A stretch of DNA of 64,000 nucleotides from an uncultured Paludibacter sp. Lineage in GTDB: Bacteria; Bacteroidota; Bacteroidia; Bacteroidales; Paludibacteraceae. The notes below the pieces were generated by a model, which was given only the letters and a program-made list of their open reading frames with translations, made no database searches and was not told the origin of the DNA. Below are positions 18,750-28,559 of the stretch, piece after piece (positions within the stretch are counted from its first letter, which is position 1; every line of letters begins with the position of its first letter). The DNA lies in assembly GCA_964508285.1 (NCBI GenBank), contig CAZDSY010000001.1, forward strand, positions 9,850 through 73,849, given 5' to 3'. Position numbers and translations under genes: made by a program.

Positions 18750-18895
18750 AGGAGCAACAATTAATATTTGTGCGTTTTAATTGAGCTGTTCTTTTTGTAA
18801 AAATTACGTTTTTTACTCTGCAATTTTTATGAAAATGCTAATTGATACACATAATTCAAGTGGTGAGTATCTGTGAAATTTGAAAATTATTATAA

Positions 18896-19429
18896 ATGTA
18901 CATGAAAATTGAGAAATCTCCCGATTTGATTAGAATTGAAGACCTCATTCAATTATATACCCATTGTTTTTCGAAAGGATTATCCGAACAACACATCGAT
19001 TTGAATGCGTTGAAGTTATATCTGAAAACTTTTTTCGATAACGGAAAAATTATTTCTATATTAAATCAGGATACGTTAATTGGAGCTTTATTGGCAATAC
19101 CAATTAGTTTTGATGCCGATTTTCCGGCTGATTTAAAAACTGAATTTGAAGGGAAAAATGTTTGGTATATTGCTGAAATGATGATAGATGAAAATTTAAG
19201 AGGAAAAGGCTGGGGTGGAAAATTGCTGAATGAATTTATTGCTGATGCCAAACAATTTAACATTTCAGATGTTTTTATAAGGGTTTGGAATCAGAATTTG
19301 GCTGCTTTGTCATTATACCGAAAAATAGGATTTACTGATGTGGCAGAAATTGAACAAACAAAAACAAAAGCTGATTTATCGGGAACTTTCACAATGAAAA
19401 AAATATATTTACACAAAAAAATTAGCTGA
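18896..19429 (+). CDS. GNAT N-acetyltransferase, candidate 5-thiohistidine N-acetyltransferase (OvoG-like)
   Basis: RGKGWG acetyl-CoA loop, NLAALSLYRKIGF; stop is 1 nt before the ovoA start. Confidence 0.75.
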   Translation: MYMKIEKSPDLIRIEDLIQLYTHCFSKGLSEQHIDLNALKLYLKTFFDNGKIISILNQDTLIGALLAIPISFDADFPADLKTEFEGKNVWYIAEMMIDENLRGKGWGGKLLNEFIADAKQFNISDVFIRVWNQNLAALSLYRKIGFTDVAEIEQTKTKADLSGTFTMKKIYLHKKIS

Positions 19430-19430
19430 A

Positions 19431-21554
19431 ATGAAACATCTTATTACAAAAACCATTGATCTGATTCATGGAAGTAGTGAAGAAAAACGCGCTGAAATTC
19501 GCGATTATTTTCTGAAAACCTGGGAAATTGATGAAGAACTCTATACACAACTTGTAGATGACCAAACTTTTTATATGCAAGGCGACCCGCTCCGACATAT
19601 AATTTTGTTTTATCTCGGACACACAGCCGTGTTTTTTATCAATAAAATGTTTTTGGCGAAAATGATTGATACACGTATCAATCCCACTTTCGAGTCGATT
19701 TTTGCCATTGGCGTTGATGAAATGAGCTGGGACGACCTGAACGAGAAACATTACGATTGGCCTGCGGTGAGTGAGGTACGCGATTATCGTGATAAAGCAA
19801 AAGCAGTGATTCTCGATGTTATTGACAAAACTCCCTTAAACTTACCAATAAACTGGGAAAATCCGTTCTGGATTATCATAATGGGCATTGAACATGAACG
19901 GATTCATCTCGAAACTTCTTCGGTGTTGATTCGTCAGTTGCCTTTGGATAAAGTTGTTAGCGGAAGATTTGGGAATATTTGTGAAGAAGTTGGCGATGCG
20001 CCTTCAAACGAATTTTTACCCGTTTCGGGAGCTGAAATGAAACTCGGCAAACCACAAAAACATCACTTTTATGGTTGGGATAACGAATACGGAAAGTACA
20101 CCGAAAAAGTAGAAGATTTTAAAACCACAAAATACCTGATTTCGAACGGTGAATTTCTGAATTTTATTAACGATAATGGTTATACTACTGAAAGTTACTG
20201 GACTGAAGAAGGTTGGAAATGGCGCAACTTCAAGCAAGCACAGATGCCGTTGTTTTGGCGCAAAACAGATCAAGGTTTTAAACTGCGTTTGGTAGCTCAG
20301 GAAATTGAAATGCCTTGGAACTGGCCTGTGGAGGTGAATTATCTTGAGGCAAAAGCGTATTGCAACTGGCTTTCGGCGAAAAATGGAAAAACATACAGGT
20401 TGCCCACCGAAGCCGAATGGTATCGACTTGTAGAACATTGTCAGATTCAGGATGTTGACAAATGGAAATCTGCTCCCGGAAATATCAATCTTGAGCATTA
20501 TTGTTCGCCATGTCCCGTTGATAAATTTGCTTTTGGCGATTTTTATGATGTGCTGGGCAATGTGTGGCAATGGACTGAAACGCCTATAACTGGTTTTGCC
20601 GGTTTCAAAGTGCATCCCATGTACGACGATTTTTCGACGCCGACTTTCGATGGAAAGCATAATCTTATAAAAGGCGGCTCGTGGATTTCAACCGGAAACG
20701 AAGCCACGCTTCATTCTCGCTATGCTTTTCGCCGGCATTTTTATCAGCACGCCGGTTTTCGGGTGGTAGAATCGGAATATCCACTGGTTATTCAAAACGA
20801 TGAATATGAAACCGACATTGAGGTTGCCAATTCGTGCGAAAACAACTGGGGCGATAACTTTGGCGCGAAACAGAATTTCCATAAAGAACTTGCGAAATTT
20901 GTTTTGGAAGTTACCAAAGGAAAAAACATTTCCAAAGTGCTTGATTTGAATGCCGACACCGGACGATTGGCTTTTGAACTTGCGCCTTATTTCGATAAAA
21001 TTACCGCTATCGATTTTTCGGCACGATTTATCCGTATGCCTATTCAGTTACAGGAAAAAGGTTTTATCCGTTATATTGTGAAAGATGAGGGTGAATTGGT
21101 GTTTTATCGTGAACTGGTGCTTTCTGAAACAGGATTGGGCGAAGGTAAAGGCGAAGGCACAAGTTTTAATAACATTTTGTTCATGCAGGATAATGCCAAT
21201 AATCTGAAACCGATTTACTCGGGATACGATTTGATTATTGTTCCGAATCTGCTTGAAGAATTAACTTGTCCCATTATTTTTCTGCAGCAAATTCACGAAA
21301 GATTAAACGCTGGAGGTACATTAATTTTGGCATCGACTTACGACTGGGAATTAAATAACATAAAACGTGAACATTGGCCTGGAGGGTTTAAAAAAGATGG
21401 CGAACCTGTTCCATCATTTGAAGGAATAAAAGAAATACTGAGCTCTAATTTTTATCTTGACAGGAATCCTGTAAATATCCAATTATCATTATGGAAGAAT
21501 TCAAGAAGTAAAGAAGTTAAAAAAGTAGAAGTTACAGTTTGGATTAAAAAATGA
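19431..21554 (+). CDS. ovoA: 5-histidylcysteine sulfoxide synthase (DinB + FGE-sulfatase + C-terminal methyltransferase-fold domain)
   Basis: LRH..FYLGHT, GVDEMSWDDL, EHERIHLETSSVL iron site, YGWDNEYG, HPMYDDFS, RYAFRRHFYQHAGFR, GGFKKDGE. Confidence 0.92.
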   Translation: MKHLITKTIDLIHGSSEEKRAEIRDYFLKTWEIDEELYTQLVDDQTFYMQGDPLRHIILFYLGHTAVFFINKMFLAKMIDTRINPTFESIFAIGVDEMSWDDLNEKHYDWPAVSEVRDYRDKAKAVILDVIDKTPLNLPINWENPFWIIIMGIEHERIHLETSSVLIRQLPLDKVVSGRFGNICEEVGDAPSNEFLPVSGAEMKLGKPQKHHFYGWDNEYGKYTEKVEDFKTTKYLISNGEFLNFINDNGYTTESYWTEEGWKWRNFKQAQMPLFWRKTDQGFKLRLVAQEIEMPWNWPVEVNYLEAKAYCNWLSAKNGKTYRLPTEAEWYRLVEHCQIQDVDKWKSAPGNINLEHYCSPCPVDKFAFGDFYDVLGNVWQWTETPITGFAGFKVHPMYDDFSTPTFDGKHNLIKGGSWISTGNEATLHSRYAFRRHFYQHAGFRVVESEYPLVIQNDEYETDIEVANSCENNWGDNFGAKQNFHKELAKFVLEVTKGKNISKVLDLNADTGRLAFELAPYFDKITAIDFSARFIRMPIQLQEKGFIRYIVKDEGELVFYRELVLSETGLGEGKGEGTSFNNILFMQDNANNLKPIYSGYDLIIVPNLLEELTCPIIFLQQIHERLNAGGTLILASTYDWELNNIKREHWPGGFKKDGEPVPSFEGIKEILSSNFYLDRNPVNIQLSLWKNSRSKEVKKVEVTVWIKK

Positions 21555-21611
21555 AATGAGTTTTTTAATGATTAAATAAGAAATGTAATTTTTTACATTG
21601 AAATTATTCTT

Positions 21612-21619
21612 TAATTTTG
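21612..21619 (+). promoter_or_regulatory. Putative -7 promoter element (TAATTTTG) for rbfA
   Basis: TAnnTTTG upstream of ATG 21679. Confidence 0.45.
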
Positions 21620-21678
21620 TGCTCTTACGTACATCTCGGTTGTTATAAATTGAGAAAATTGCACTAAATATATATTTT

Positions 21679-22053
21679 ATGGAAACTACCCGTCAACAAA
21701 AAATATCGCGAATGCTTCAGAAGGAGCTTGGCGAAATCTTCCTGTTATATGCACGTGAAATTCACGGAGTATTAATAACTGTAACCGGTGTTCGCATAAG
21801 TCCCGATTTGGGAATAGCTCATGTACATTTAAGTATTTTTCCAAGTCAAAATTCTACTGAAATGTTAAAAAGAGTTCAGTCCGATGCGAAATCAATCCGC
21901 TTCGATTTAGGCAAACGCGTTCGTTATCAATTGCGTATAGTTCCTGAACTGCATTTTCATATCGACGATTCGCTGGATTATATTGAAAATATCGACAATC
22001 TTCTTAAAAGTGACCTGCCTTCGCCTTTAACCGATGATAACACTAAGGATTGA
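21679..22053 (+). CDS. rbfA: Ribosome-binding factor A
   Basis: METTRQQK, ITVT.VRISPDL, QLRIVPEL.F..DDSLDY. Confidence 0.95.
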   Translation: METTRQQKISRMLQKELGEIFLLYAREIHGVLITVTGVRISPDLGIAHVHLSIFPSQNSTEMLKRVQSDAKSIRFDLGKRVRYQLRIVPELHFHIDDSLDYIENIDNLLKSDLPSPLTDDNTKD

Positions 22054-22131
22054 ATCAGATTTCTTGATGATAGCAATTCAGTGTAAATGAAATCAAACTT
22101 TCAAAATCAAACCAATAACAAAAAAAACTCC

Positions 22132-23343
22132 ATGTTATTTTCCGTTGAAATAGCATGGAGGTATCTTTTTTCGAAAAAGTCGCACAACGCCATAAATATT
22201 ATTTCTGGCATATCCTCATTCGGGGTAGCAGTAGGAACAATGGCGTTGGTTGTTATTTTATCGGTTTTCAACGGATTTGAATCGCTGGTAGCCGGCATGT
22301 TTTCAGCTTTTGATCCTGATTTGCGCATCGAAGTTGCCGAAGGAAAAATTTTTGATGTAAACGATACTGCTTTTCAAAAAGTAAAAAAAATAAAAGAAGT
22401 TGAGGTTTTTACAGAAGTTGTACAGGAAAACGCTTTGTTAAGATTTAAAGATAAACAAATGCCTGCTGTGATTATGGGTGTTTCCCATAATTTTGAGCAA
22501 CTCACGCAAATTAAAAACATAATATACGATGGGAAATTCGAGCTGTACGATGGAGCATTTGAACGGGCTGTACCCGGACTTGGGGTAGCAAGTACGCTTG
22601 GTTTAGGCGCTCATTTTATCGATCCGTTGTATATTTATGCACCTAAACGTACCTCACGCATTAATTTACTTCGTCCTGAAACCTCATTTAATCAGTCAGG
22701 TACATTCGTTTCAGGTATTTTTTCTGTCAATCAGTTGCAGTACGATGATCATTATGTGCTTGTATCGTTAGGTTTAGCTCGTGAACTTTTTGAGTACGAC
22801 TCCACTATGGTATCGTTTGTAGAATTAAAAATAACGCCAACAGCAGATCAGAAAAAAGTACAAAAAACAATCTCGGACATATTAGGACAAAATTATCGTG
22901 TAAAAAACCGCTACGAACAACAGGAGAGTTTTTTTAAAATAATGCAGATTGAAAAATGGATTACTTTCCTTATTCTGAGTTTTATTTTATTGATTGCAGT
23001 GTTTAATATTATCGGTTCATTATCGATGCTGATAATTGAAAAGAAGGCTGATATTTCAACTTTACGAAGTTTGGGAGCCGATGAAAGCCTAATTAAAAGA
23101 ATTTTTTTGCTCGAAGGATGGTTTATTTCATTTGTTGGGGCTGTTTTTGGAATTTTTTTTGGTACAATCATTAGTTTAGTTCAGCAGCATTTTGGATTCC
23201 TTAAACTCGGCAAAGGTTACATTGTGGATGCTTATCCGGTTGTAACAAGTTTTAATGATGTGATGCTTGTTTTTATAACTGTGCTCATCATGGGAATGTT
23301 TGCAGCGCTTTACCCGGTTAAGTATATCAATAAATCGTTATAA
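22132..23343 (+). CDS. LolC/E-family (FtsX-like) ABC transporter permease
   Basis: IAWRYLFSKK, LSVFNGF, NIIGSLSMLIIEKK, LRSLGA, IFLLEG, YPV; four TM segments; likely start ATG 22132. Confidence 0.88.
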   Translation: MLFSVEIAWRYLFSKKSHNAINIISGISSFGVAVGTMALVVILSVFNGFESLVAGMFSAFDPDLRIEVAEGKIFDVNDTAFQKVKKIKEVEVFTEVVQENALLRFKDKQMPAVIMGVSHNFEQLTQIKNIIYDGKFELYDGAFERAVPGLGVASTLGLGAHFIDPLYIYAPKRTSRINLLRPETSFNQSGTFVSGIFSVNQLQYDDHYVLVSLGLARELFEYDSTMVSFVELKITPTADQKKVQKTISDILGQNYRVKNRYEQQESFFKIMQIEKWITFLILSFILLIAVFNIIGSLSMLIIEKKADISTLRSLGADESLIKRIFLLEGWFISFVGAVFGIFFGTIISLVQQHFGFLKLGKGYIVDAYPVVTSFNDVMLVFITVLIMGMFAALYPVKYINKSL

Positions 23344-23444
23344 TTTACAATGAATTGAAATATTTCTTATTTTCTGATTTTCTTTTTTCATCAGCCAAAA
23401 GATTTTTTTTGATTTCCCAATTTCTCAATTTCATATTTACTCCA

Positions 23445-24173
23445 ATGAATTATAAATTACATATCTCTGAAAATGCTGTTGGTGTAGCAAAATCAATAGC
23501 CGAAGAAATTTACATAAAAGCAAAAAATAAAAAATCAGAAAACACTTTTTTAAACTTGGCAGTATCGGGCGGTAGTACACCCCGATTACTTTTTGAAATA
23601 CTTGCTGCCGAATATAACGAAACTATGCCATGGGAAGCAGTACGCATTTTTTGGGTCGATGAGCGTTGCGTACCTCCCCTGCACCCGGAAAGCAATTACG
23701 GGATGACTCATGATGCTTTATTGTCAAAGATAGATATTCCGGCATCAAATATATTCAGGATGAAAGGCGAAGAAGAACCGGAATCGGAAGCAATAAGATA
23801 TAGAAATATTTTAGTGAATGAATTGTCATCAGCAAACAATTTTCCTGTTTTTGATCTCATTCTGCTTGGCATGGGGGATGATGGTCACACAGCATCAATT
23901 TTCCCTAATCAAATGCACCTTAATACTTTTTCTGAATCAGTAGCAGTTGCCACACACCCAGTAACCGGCCAAAAGCGCATTACATTAACCGGAAATACCA
24001 TCAGGAATGCACATGAAGTTGTTTTTATGATAACAGGTGAGAATAAAGCAAAAATTCTTGCTGAAATTGTAAAACAGAAACCACAGGCAAAGAATTATCC
24101 TGCTTCGTATATGTATTCTATTAATGATGTGACAATCTTTTATGTTGATTCCAATGCGGCATCATTACTTTGA
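23445..24173 (+). CDS. pgl: 6-phosphogluconolactonase
   Basis: SGGSTP, FWVDERCVP, SNY, LLGMGDDGHTASIFP, RITLT; likely start ATG 23445. Confidence 0.92.
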   Translation: MNYKLHISENAVGVAKSIAEEIYIKAKNKKSENTFLNLAVSGGSTPRLLFEILAAEYNETMPWEAVRIFWVDERCVPPLHPESNYGMTHDALLSKIDIPASNIFRMKGEEEPESEAIRYRNILVNELSSANNFPVFDLILLGMGDDGHTASIFPNQMHLNTFSESVAVATHPVTGQKRITLTGNTIRNAHEVVFMITGENKAKILAEIVKQKPQAKNYPASYMYSINDVTIFYVDSNAASLL

Positions 24174-24264
24174 CAAAAATATATTCGTTGCCAAAATACT
24201 GAAAATTAGTATTTGTTTTCATAAAAATGTACGACAATACATAGTTATAACAGTTTATTGAGAT

Positions 24265-24272
24265 TACTTTTG
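24265..24272 (+). promoter_or_regulatory. Putative -7 promoter element (TACTTTTG) for the rha operon
   Basis: TAnnTTTG in the pgl-rhaB spacer. Confidence 0.45.
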
Positions 24273-24409
24273 CAACGAACTTTATTTACCAAAATAAGCA
24301 GACATTATATCAAAATTATTATTATTGTCTGATAAAGGTAAACTATTTTTGTATTACCGTTATTTATAATTTATTACTTCAAAAAATAGTATAATCATAA
24401 AATCTGATA

Positions 24410-25885
24410 ATGAAAACCACAAACTTTTTTGCTGTTGACCTTGGAGCAACCAGCGGACGCACAATTCTCGGAATGATTCGCAGCGGATCAATTGAATTAA
24501 GAGAGATCAGCCGCTTCCCTAATAAAATTATTGAAGCAAACGGACATTTTTACTGGGATTTTCTCAGCCTTTATCAATATATTCTCGAAGGTTTGAAAAT
24601 TGTTGCCGATGAGGAAATAGAGATTAAATCAATTGGAATTGATACATGGGGTGTCGATTTTGTTTGTTTCGATAAAAATGGCGAAACGCTCGGAAATCCC
24701 TACAGTTATCGCGATCCGCATACAAACGATGCCCAGGAAAATTTCTTTAAAATAATTCCACGCGATAAAGTTTACAAAAGTACCGGAATTCAGTTTATGA
24801 ATTTCAACTCGCTGTTCCAGCTTTCAGCAATGAAATCGCATCAATCTTCCATACTTCCCATTGCTGATAAAATTCTTTTTATGCCCGATGCACTTTCGTA
24901 TATGCTTACCGGAAAAATGGTAACCGAATACACCATAGCCTCAACTTCGCAAATACTTGACGCCAAGAATCGTCGTTTCGACCCTGTATTATTGAAAGCC
25001 GTTGGCTTAACCGAGAAAAATTTCGGAAAATTTGTTTTTCCCGGCGAAGTAATCGGAACACTTTCTCCTTCTGTACAAAAACAAACCGGGCTTGGTGCAG
25101 TTCCTGTTATTGCAGTGGCAGGACATGATACTGCTTCGGCTGTAGCAGCTGTACCAGCACTTGACAAAAATTTTGCATATCTAAGTTCGGGAACTTGGTC
25201 ACTAATGGGAATCGAAGCCGAAACCCCCATCATTAACGATGAAAGTTTCGCTTTAAACTTTACAAACGAAGGTGGTTTGGAAGGTTCCATCCGTTTCCTC
25301 AAAAATATTTGCGGAATGTGGCTGCTCGAACGTTGCCGGGCCGAATGGGGCTCAACTTCGGAAGAAAACGCTTATGGTCAACTCATTGCCGATGCAAAAG
25401 TTGCCGACAGTTTTATAAGTTTTATCAATCCTGATGCGCCAGATTTTGCAAATCCGCCTTCGATGGTAAAAGCCATTCAACAATATTGCGAAAAAACTTC
25501 GCAGGTTGTACCGCGTACAAAAGCGGAGATTACACGTTGTATATTCGAAAGTCTGGCGTTTCGTTATCGTCAGATACTCGAAAGCCTCAAATCGTTTGCT
25601 ACTTTCCCGATAGATAAATTGCATGTAATTGGCGGCGGATCAAAAAATTCTATGCTGAATCAGTTTACTGCCAATGCTTTGGGAATTCCTGTTGTAGCCG
25701 GACCAATGGAAGCAACAGCCATAGGAAATATTATGGTTCAGGCTAAAGCTATCGGTATTTATTCCGGCATTCGGGAAATGCGCGAAAGTATCAGCAATTC
25801 TATCGATTTAACAGAATATCTTCCTCAGGACGCTGATGAATGGAGTGATTATTACGATAGATATTTGGCGGTAACGGCTGGGTGA
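24410..25885 (+). CDS. rhaB: Rhamnulokinase
   Basis: AVDLGATSGR, GIDTWGVD, YRD, HDTASAV, SSGTWSL, TNEGG; first gene of rhaB-rhaA-rhaT. Confidence 0.9.
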   Translation: MKTTNFFAVDLGATSGRTILGMIRSGSIELREISRFPNKIIEANGHFYWDFLSLYQYILEGLKIVADEEIEIKSIGIDTWGVDFVCFDKNGETLGNPYSYRDPHTNDAQENFFKIIPRDKVYKSTGIQFMNFNSLFQLSAMKSHQSSILPIADKILFMPDALSYMLTGKMVTEYTIASTSQILDAKNRRFDPVLLKAVGLTEKNFGKFVFPGEVIGTLSPSVQKQTGLGAVPVIAVAGHDTASAVAAVPALDKNFAYLSSGTWSLMGIEAETPIINDESFALNFTNEGGLEGSIRFLKNICGMWLLERCRAEWGSTSEENAYGQLIADAKVADSFISFINPDAPDFANPPSMVKAIQQYCEKTSQVVPRTKAEITRCIFESLAFRYRQILESLKSFATFPIDKLHVIGGGSKNSMLNQFTANALGIPVVAGPMEATAIGNIMVQAKAIGIYSGIREMRESISNSIDLTEYLPQDADEWSDYYDRYLAVTAG

Positions 25886-25901
25886 TAAGTATGATTCTAA
25901 G

Positions 25902-25991
25902 AAGAAACTTCAAAACATCGAAGATTTTTGAAAGTTTCTTACTTGAACAACGAATAAAAAACGTTTTCAAATCTTCGATGTTGAAAAGTTT
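25902..25991. repeat. Inverted doublet of imperfect palindromes (REPIN-like)
   Basis: aacatcgaagattt (25914-25927) and its exact reverse complement (25969-25982), each inside its own hairpin. Confidence 0.65.
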
Positions 25992-26035
25992 AGCAAAACA
26001 TCAAAATATACAAAACAACATTTCAAACATAAAAA

Positions 26036-27304
26036 ATGAATATCATGAACGAACAAATTAAGAAAGCTTACGATTTGGCTGTTGAACGTTATGCAGCTAT
26101 GGGCGTTGACGTAAATAAAGCCATCGAACAATTGGATAAATTGCCTATTTCGCTGCATTGCTGGCAGGCTGATGATGTTACAGGTTTTGAAAATCCTGAC
26201 GGACAATTAACCGGAGGTATACAAGCGACTGGAAATTATCCCGGAAAAGCCCGCACTATTAACGAATTGCGTGCCGATATTGACAAAGCAATGTCTTTAA
26301 TACCTGGTAATCATCGTGTGAACATTCATGCTTTCTACGGTGATTTTGGTGGAAAATTTATTGACCGAAACGAAATTGAACCTAAACATTTCCAAAGCTG
26401 GATTGACTGGGCAAAAGAAAAAGGATACAAACTCGATTTTAACTGTACTTGTTTTTCACACGACAAATCATCGGATGGTTTAACTCTTTCTCATCCCGAT
26501 CCGGAAATCCGAAATTTTTGGATAGAACATGTAATCCGCAGCCGTAAAATTGCCGAAGAAATGGGACGTCAGTTGGGCTCTAAATGTATGCACAATATTT
26601 GGATTCCCGATGGTTCAAAAGATGTAACGGTAAATCGTCTGGCGTATCGTAAAAATCTGAAAGAATCGCTCGATAAAATTTTTGAATACAAAACGAACGA
26701 TGATTATATGCTGGATTGTATCGAAAGTAAATTATTTGGTATCGGCGCTGAGAGTTATACCGTTGGTTCGCATGAGTTTTACATGGGTTATGGTGTAAGA
26801 AATAACATTATCGTAACTCTCGATGGCGGACACTTCCATCCAACAGAAATTATTTCCGATAAAATTTCTTCACTATTATTGTTCCTTCCAGAAGTTATGT
26901 TGCACGTAACACGCGGTGTGCGTTGGGATAGCGACCACGTAGTAACACTCAATGAAGAAATTGTGGCTATTGCGCAGGAAATTGTACGCGCCGATGCTGT
27001 TGATAAAGTTCATATCGGTCTCGATTATTTCGATGCTTCTATTAATCGTGTAGGTGCTTATGTAGTTGGTGTACGTGCTACGCAAAAAGCATTGGTACAG
27101 GCATTGCTCGAACCAATCGCCAAATTGCGCGAGTTCGAAGCCAAAGGACAGAACTTTGAGCGTATGGCATTGCTCGAAGAAGCAAAATCGATGCCCTGGG
27201 GCGATGTGTATAACTACTATTGCGCCCTCAAAGGTGTTATTGTTGGCGAAGCCTACATTGCTGATATTCAGAAATACGAACAAGAGGTTACATCGAAGAG
27301 ATAA
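26036..27304 (+). CDS. rhaA: L-rhamnose isomerase
   Basis: SLHCWQADDV.GFE, GGIQATGNYPGKAR, WIPDG, ESKLFGIGAESY, GHFHPTE, VRWDSDHV; alternative start at 26045. Confidence 0.95.
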   Translation: MNIMNEQIKKAYDLAVERYAAMGVDVNKAIEQLDKLPISLHCWQADDVTGFENPDGQLTGGIQATGNYPGKARTINELRADIDKAMSLIPGNHRVNIHAFYGDFGGKFIDRNEIEPKHFQSWIDWAKEKGYKLDFNCTCFSHDKSSDGLTLSHPDPEIRNFWIEHVIRSRKIAEEMGRQLGSKCMHNIWIPDGSKDVTVNRLAYRKNLKESLDKIFEYKTNDDYMLDCIESKLFGIGAESYTVGSHEFYMGYGVRNNIIVTLDGGHFHPTEIISDKISSLLLFLPEVMLHVTRGVRWDSDHVVTLNEEIVAIAQEIVRADAVDKVHIGLDYFDASINRVGAYVVGVRATQKALVQALLEPIAKLREFEAKGQNFERMALLEEAKSMPWGDVYNYYCALKGVIVGEAYIADIQKYEQEVTSKR

Positions 27305-27359
27305 AACCTCCCCTTAATCCCAACCCTCTCCCAAACGAGAGGGAGTAAGAGGGGGACTT
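27304..27359 (+). repeat. GC-rich palindromic element, apparently nested
   Basis: aaacctccccttaatcc[caaccctctc-ccaaac-gagagggagt]aagagggggactt. Confidence 0.6.
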
Positions 27360-27404
27360 AAAGTTCGTTGATTAAATAAATTACCCACAATTTTCACCCA
27401 CTAA

Positions 27405-27437
27405 TTCCCTCCCTGTGGCAGGGTTAGGGTGGGCTTT
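27405..27437 (-). repeat. GC-rich palindromic element, inverted relative to the 27304 copy
   Basis: Minus strand aaagcccaccctaa-ccctgcc-aca-gggaggga. Confidence 0.55.
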
Positions 27438-27443
27438 AATATT

Positions 27444-28475
27444 ATGAATACACTCATCGGATTATTAATTATTGCCATTGGCAGTTTCGGACAAAGCAGT
27501 TCGTATGTGCCGATACGTAAGGTAAAAACATGGGCATGGGAAAGTTTCTGGCTTGTTCAGGGAATTTTTGCTTGGCTTGTTTTCCCATTTTTGGGCGCAT
27601 TACTTGCCGTACCTGAAGGTCATACTTTAGGTGAAATTCTTTCATCGGGCGATGGAGCTGCTTGGAAAGCCATAATTTTTGGCGCGCTTTGGGGCGTTGG
27701 CGGACTTACTTTTGGTTTAAGTATGCGCTATCTTGGCGTTGCTCTCGGACAAAGTATTGCACTGGGAACCTGTTCGGCTTTTGGAACATTAATTCCGGCG
27801 CTTATGGTCGGAACTGATTTGTTTCAAGGAGAAGGTTTGATATTACTTATTGGTGTTAGTGTTGCTATTGCCGGTATTTCAGTTATTGGATATGCAGGAA
27901 GTCTACGTGCAAAAAACATGACCGAAGAACAGAAAAAAGCAGCTGTTAAAGACTTTGCATTGGGTAAAGGCTTGCTGGTTGCACTTTTGGCAGGTGTTAT
28001 GAGCGCTTGTTTCAGTTTAGGACTTGAAGCAGCCGAACCAATTAAAAAAGCTGCTCTCGAAATGGGTTCAGACGCATTGTATGCCGGTTTGCCTGCAATT
28101 TTACTCATTACATTCGGTGGTTTTATTACCAATGCCGTTTACTGTTTATTTCAGAATGTAAAAAACAAGACCATGAAAGATTATTTCGGAGTGCCTGGAA
28201 AGGTATTTGTAAACAATATACTTTTCTCAGCTTTAGCAGGTGTGCTTTGGTATTCTCAATTTTTCGGATTAACATTGGGGAAAAGCTTTCTAACAGAAGG
28301 CAGTGTTATGATGGCATTCTCATGGAGTATCCTTATGTCGCTCAATGTTACGTTCAGTAATGTTTGGGGTATCATTCTTAAAGAGTGGAAAGGAGTGAAA
28401 TCAGGCACTATCGTTGTACTTGTTATCGGTATGGCAATTTTGATTTTCTCGCTGATAATACCAAACTTGTTTTAA
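27444..28475 (+). CDS. rhaT: L-rhamnose/proton symporter
   Basis: W.WE.FW, LWGVGGLTFGLSMRYLGVALG, WYSQFF, WGIILKEWKG; about 10 TM segments. Confidence 0.92.
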   Translation: MNTLIGLLIIAIGSFGQSSSYVPIRKVKTWAWESFWLVQGIFAWLVFPFLGALLAVPEGHTLGEILSSGDGAAWKAIIFGALWGVGGLTFGLSMRYLGVALGQSIALGTCSAFGTLIPALMVGTDLFQGEGLILLIGVSVAIAGISVIGYAGSLRAKNMTEEQKKAAVKDFALGKGLLVALLAGVMSACFSLGLEAAEPIKKAALEMGSDALYAGLPAILLITFGGFITNAVYCLFQNVKNKTMKDYFGVPGKVFVNNILFSALAGVLWYSQFFGLTLGKSFLTEGSVMMAFSWSILMSLNVTFSNVWGIILKEWKGVKSGTIVVLVIGMAILIFSLIIPNLF

Positions 28476-28499
28476 TAAATTCAGGTAAATAAACTTATT

Positions 28500-28542
28500 G
28501 ACTTTCCCGAAGCAGTATAACCTTGGGAAAGTCGTTTTTTTT
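28500..28542 (+). terminator. Rho-independent terminator after rhaT
   Basis: gactttccc...gggaaagtc followed by a T-tract. Confidence 0.75.
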
Positions 28543-28559
28543 AAAATAAATAAAATATT

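Noticed and set aside
20016..20660. Long antisense ORFs (214 aa here; also 32074-32676, 60209-60802, 42954-43454)
   Set aside because: They lie wholly opposite well-supported genes and have no recognisable motifs; shadow ORFs
21131..21162. LGEGKGEG in OvoA as another copy of the GC-rich element
   Set aside because: The peptide resembles LGEGRGEV, but the DNA has no hairpin; it is a 12-nt-period duplication of ggcgaagg
19431..21554. Selenoxide synthase (ovoselenol/selenoneine pathway) or EgtB
   Set aside because: Motifs and domain order are OvoA-type, and no selenophosphate synthetase, selenosugar synthase or EgtD is adjacent
22030..22110. Degenerate repeat cassette at the rbfA 3' end
   Set aside because: Only weak similarity to the inverted 9/10-mer cassettes; not supportable by eye
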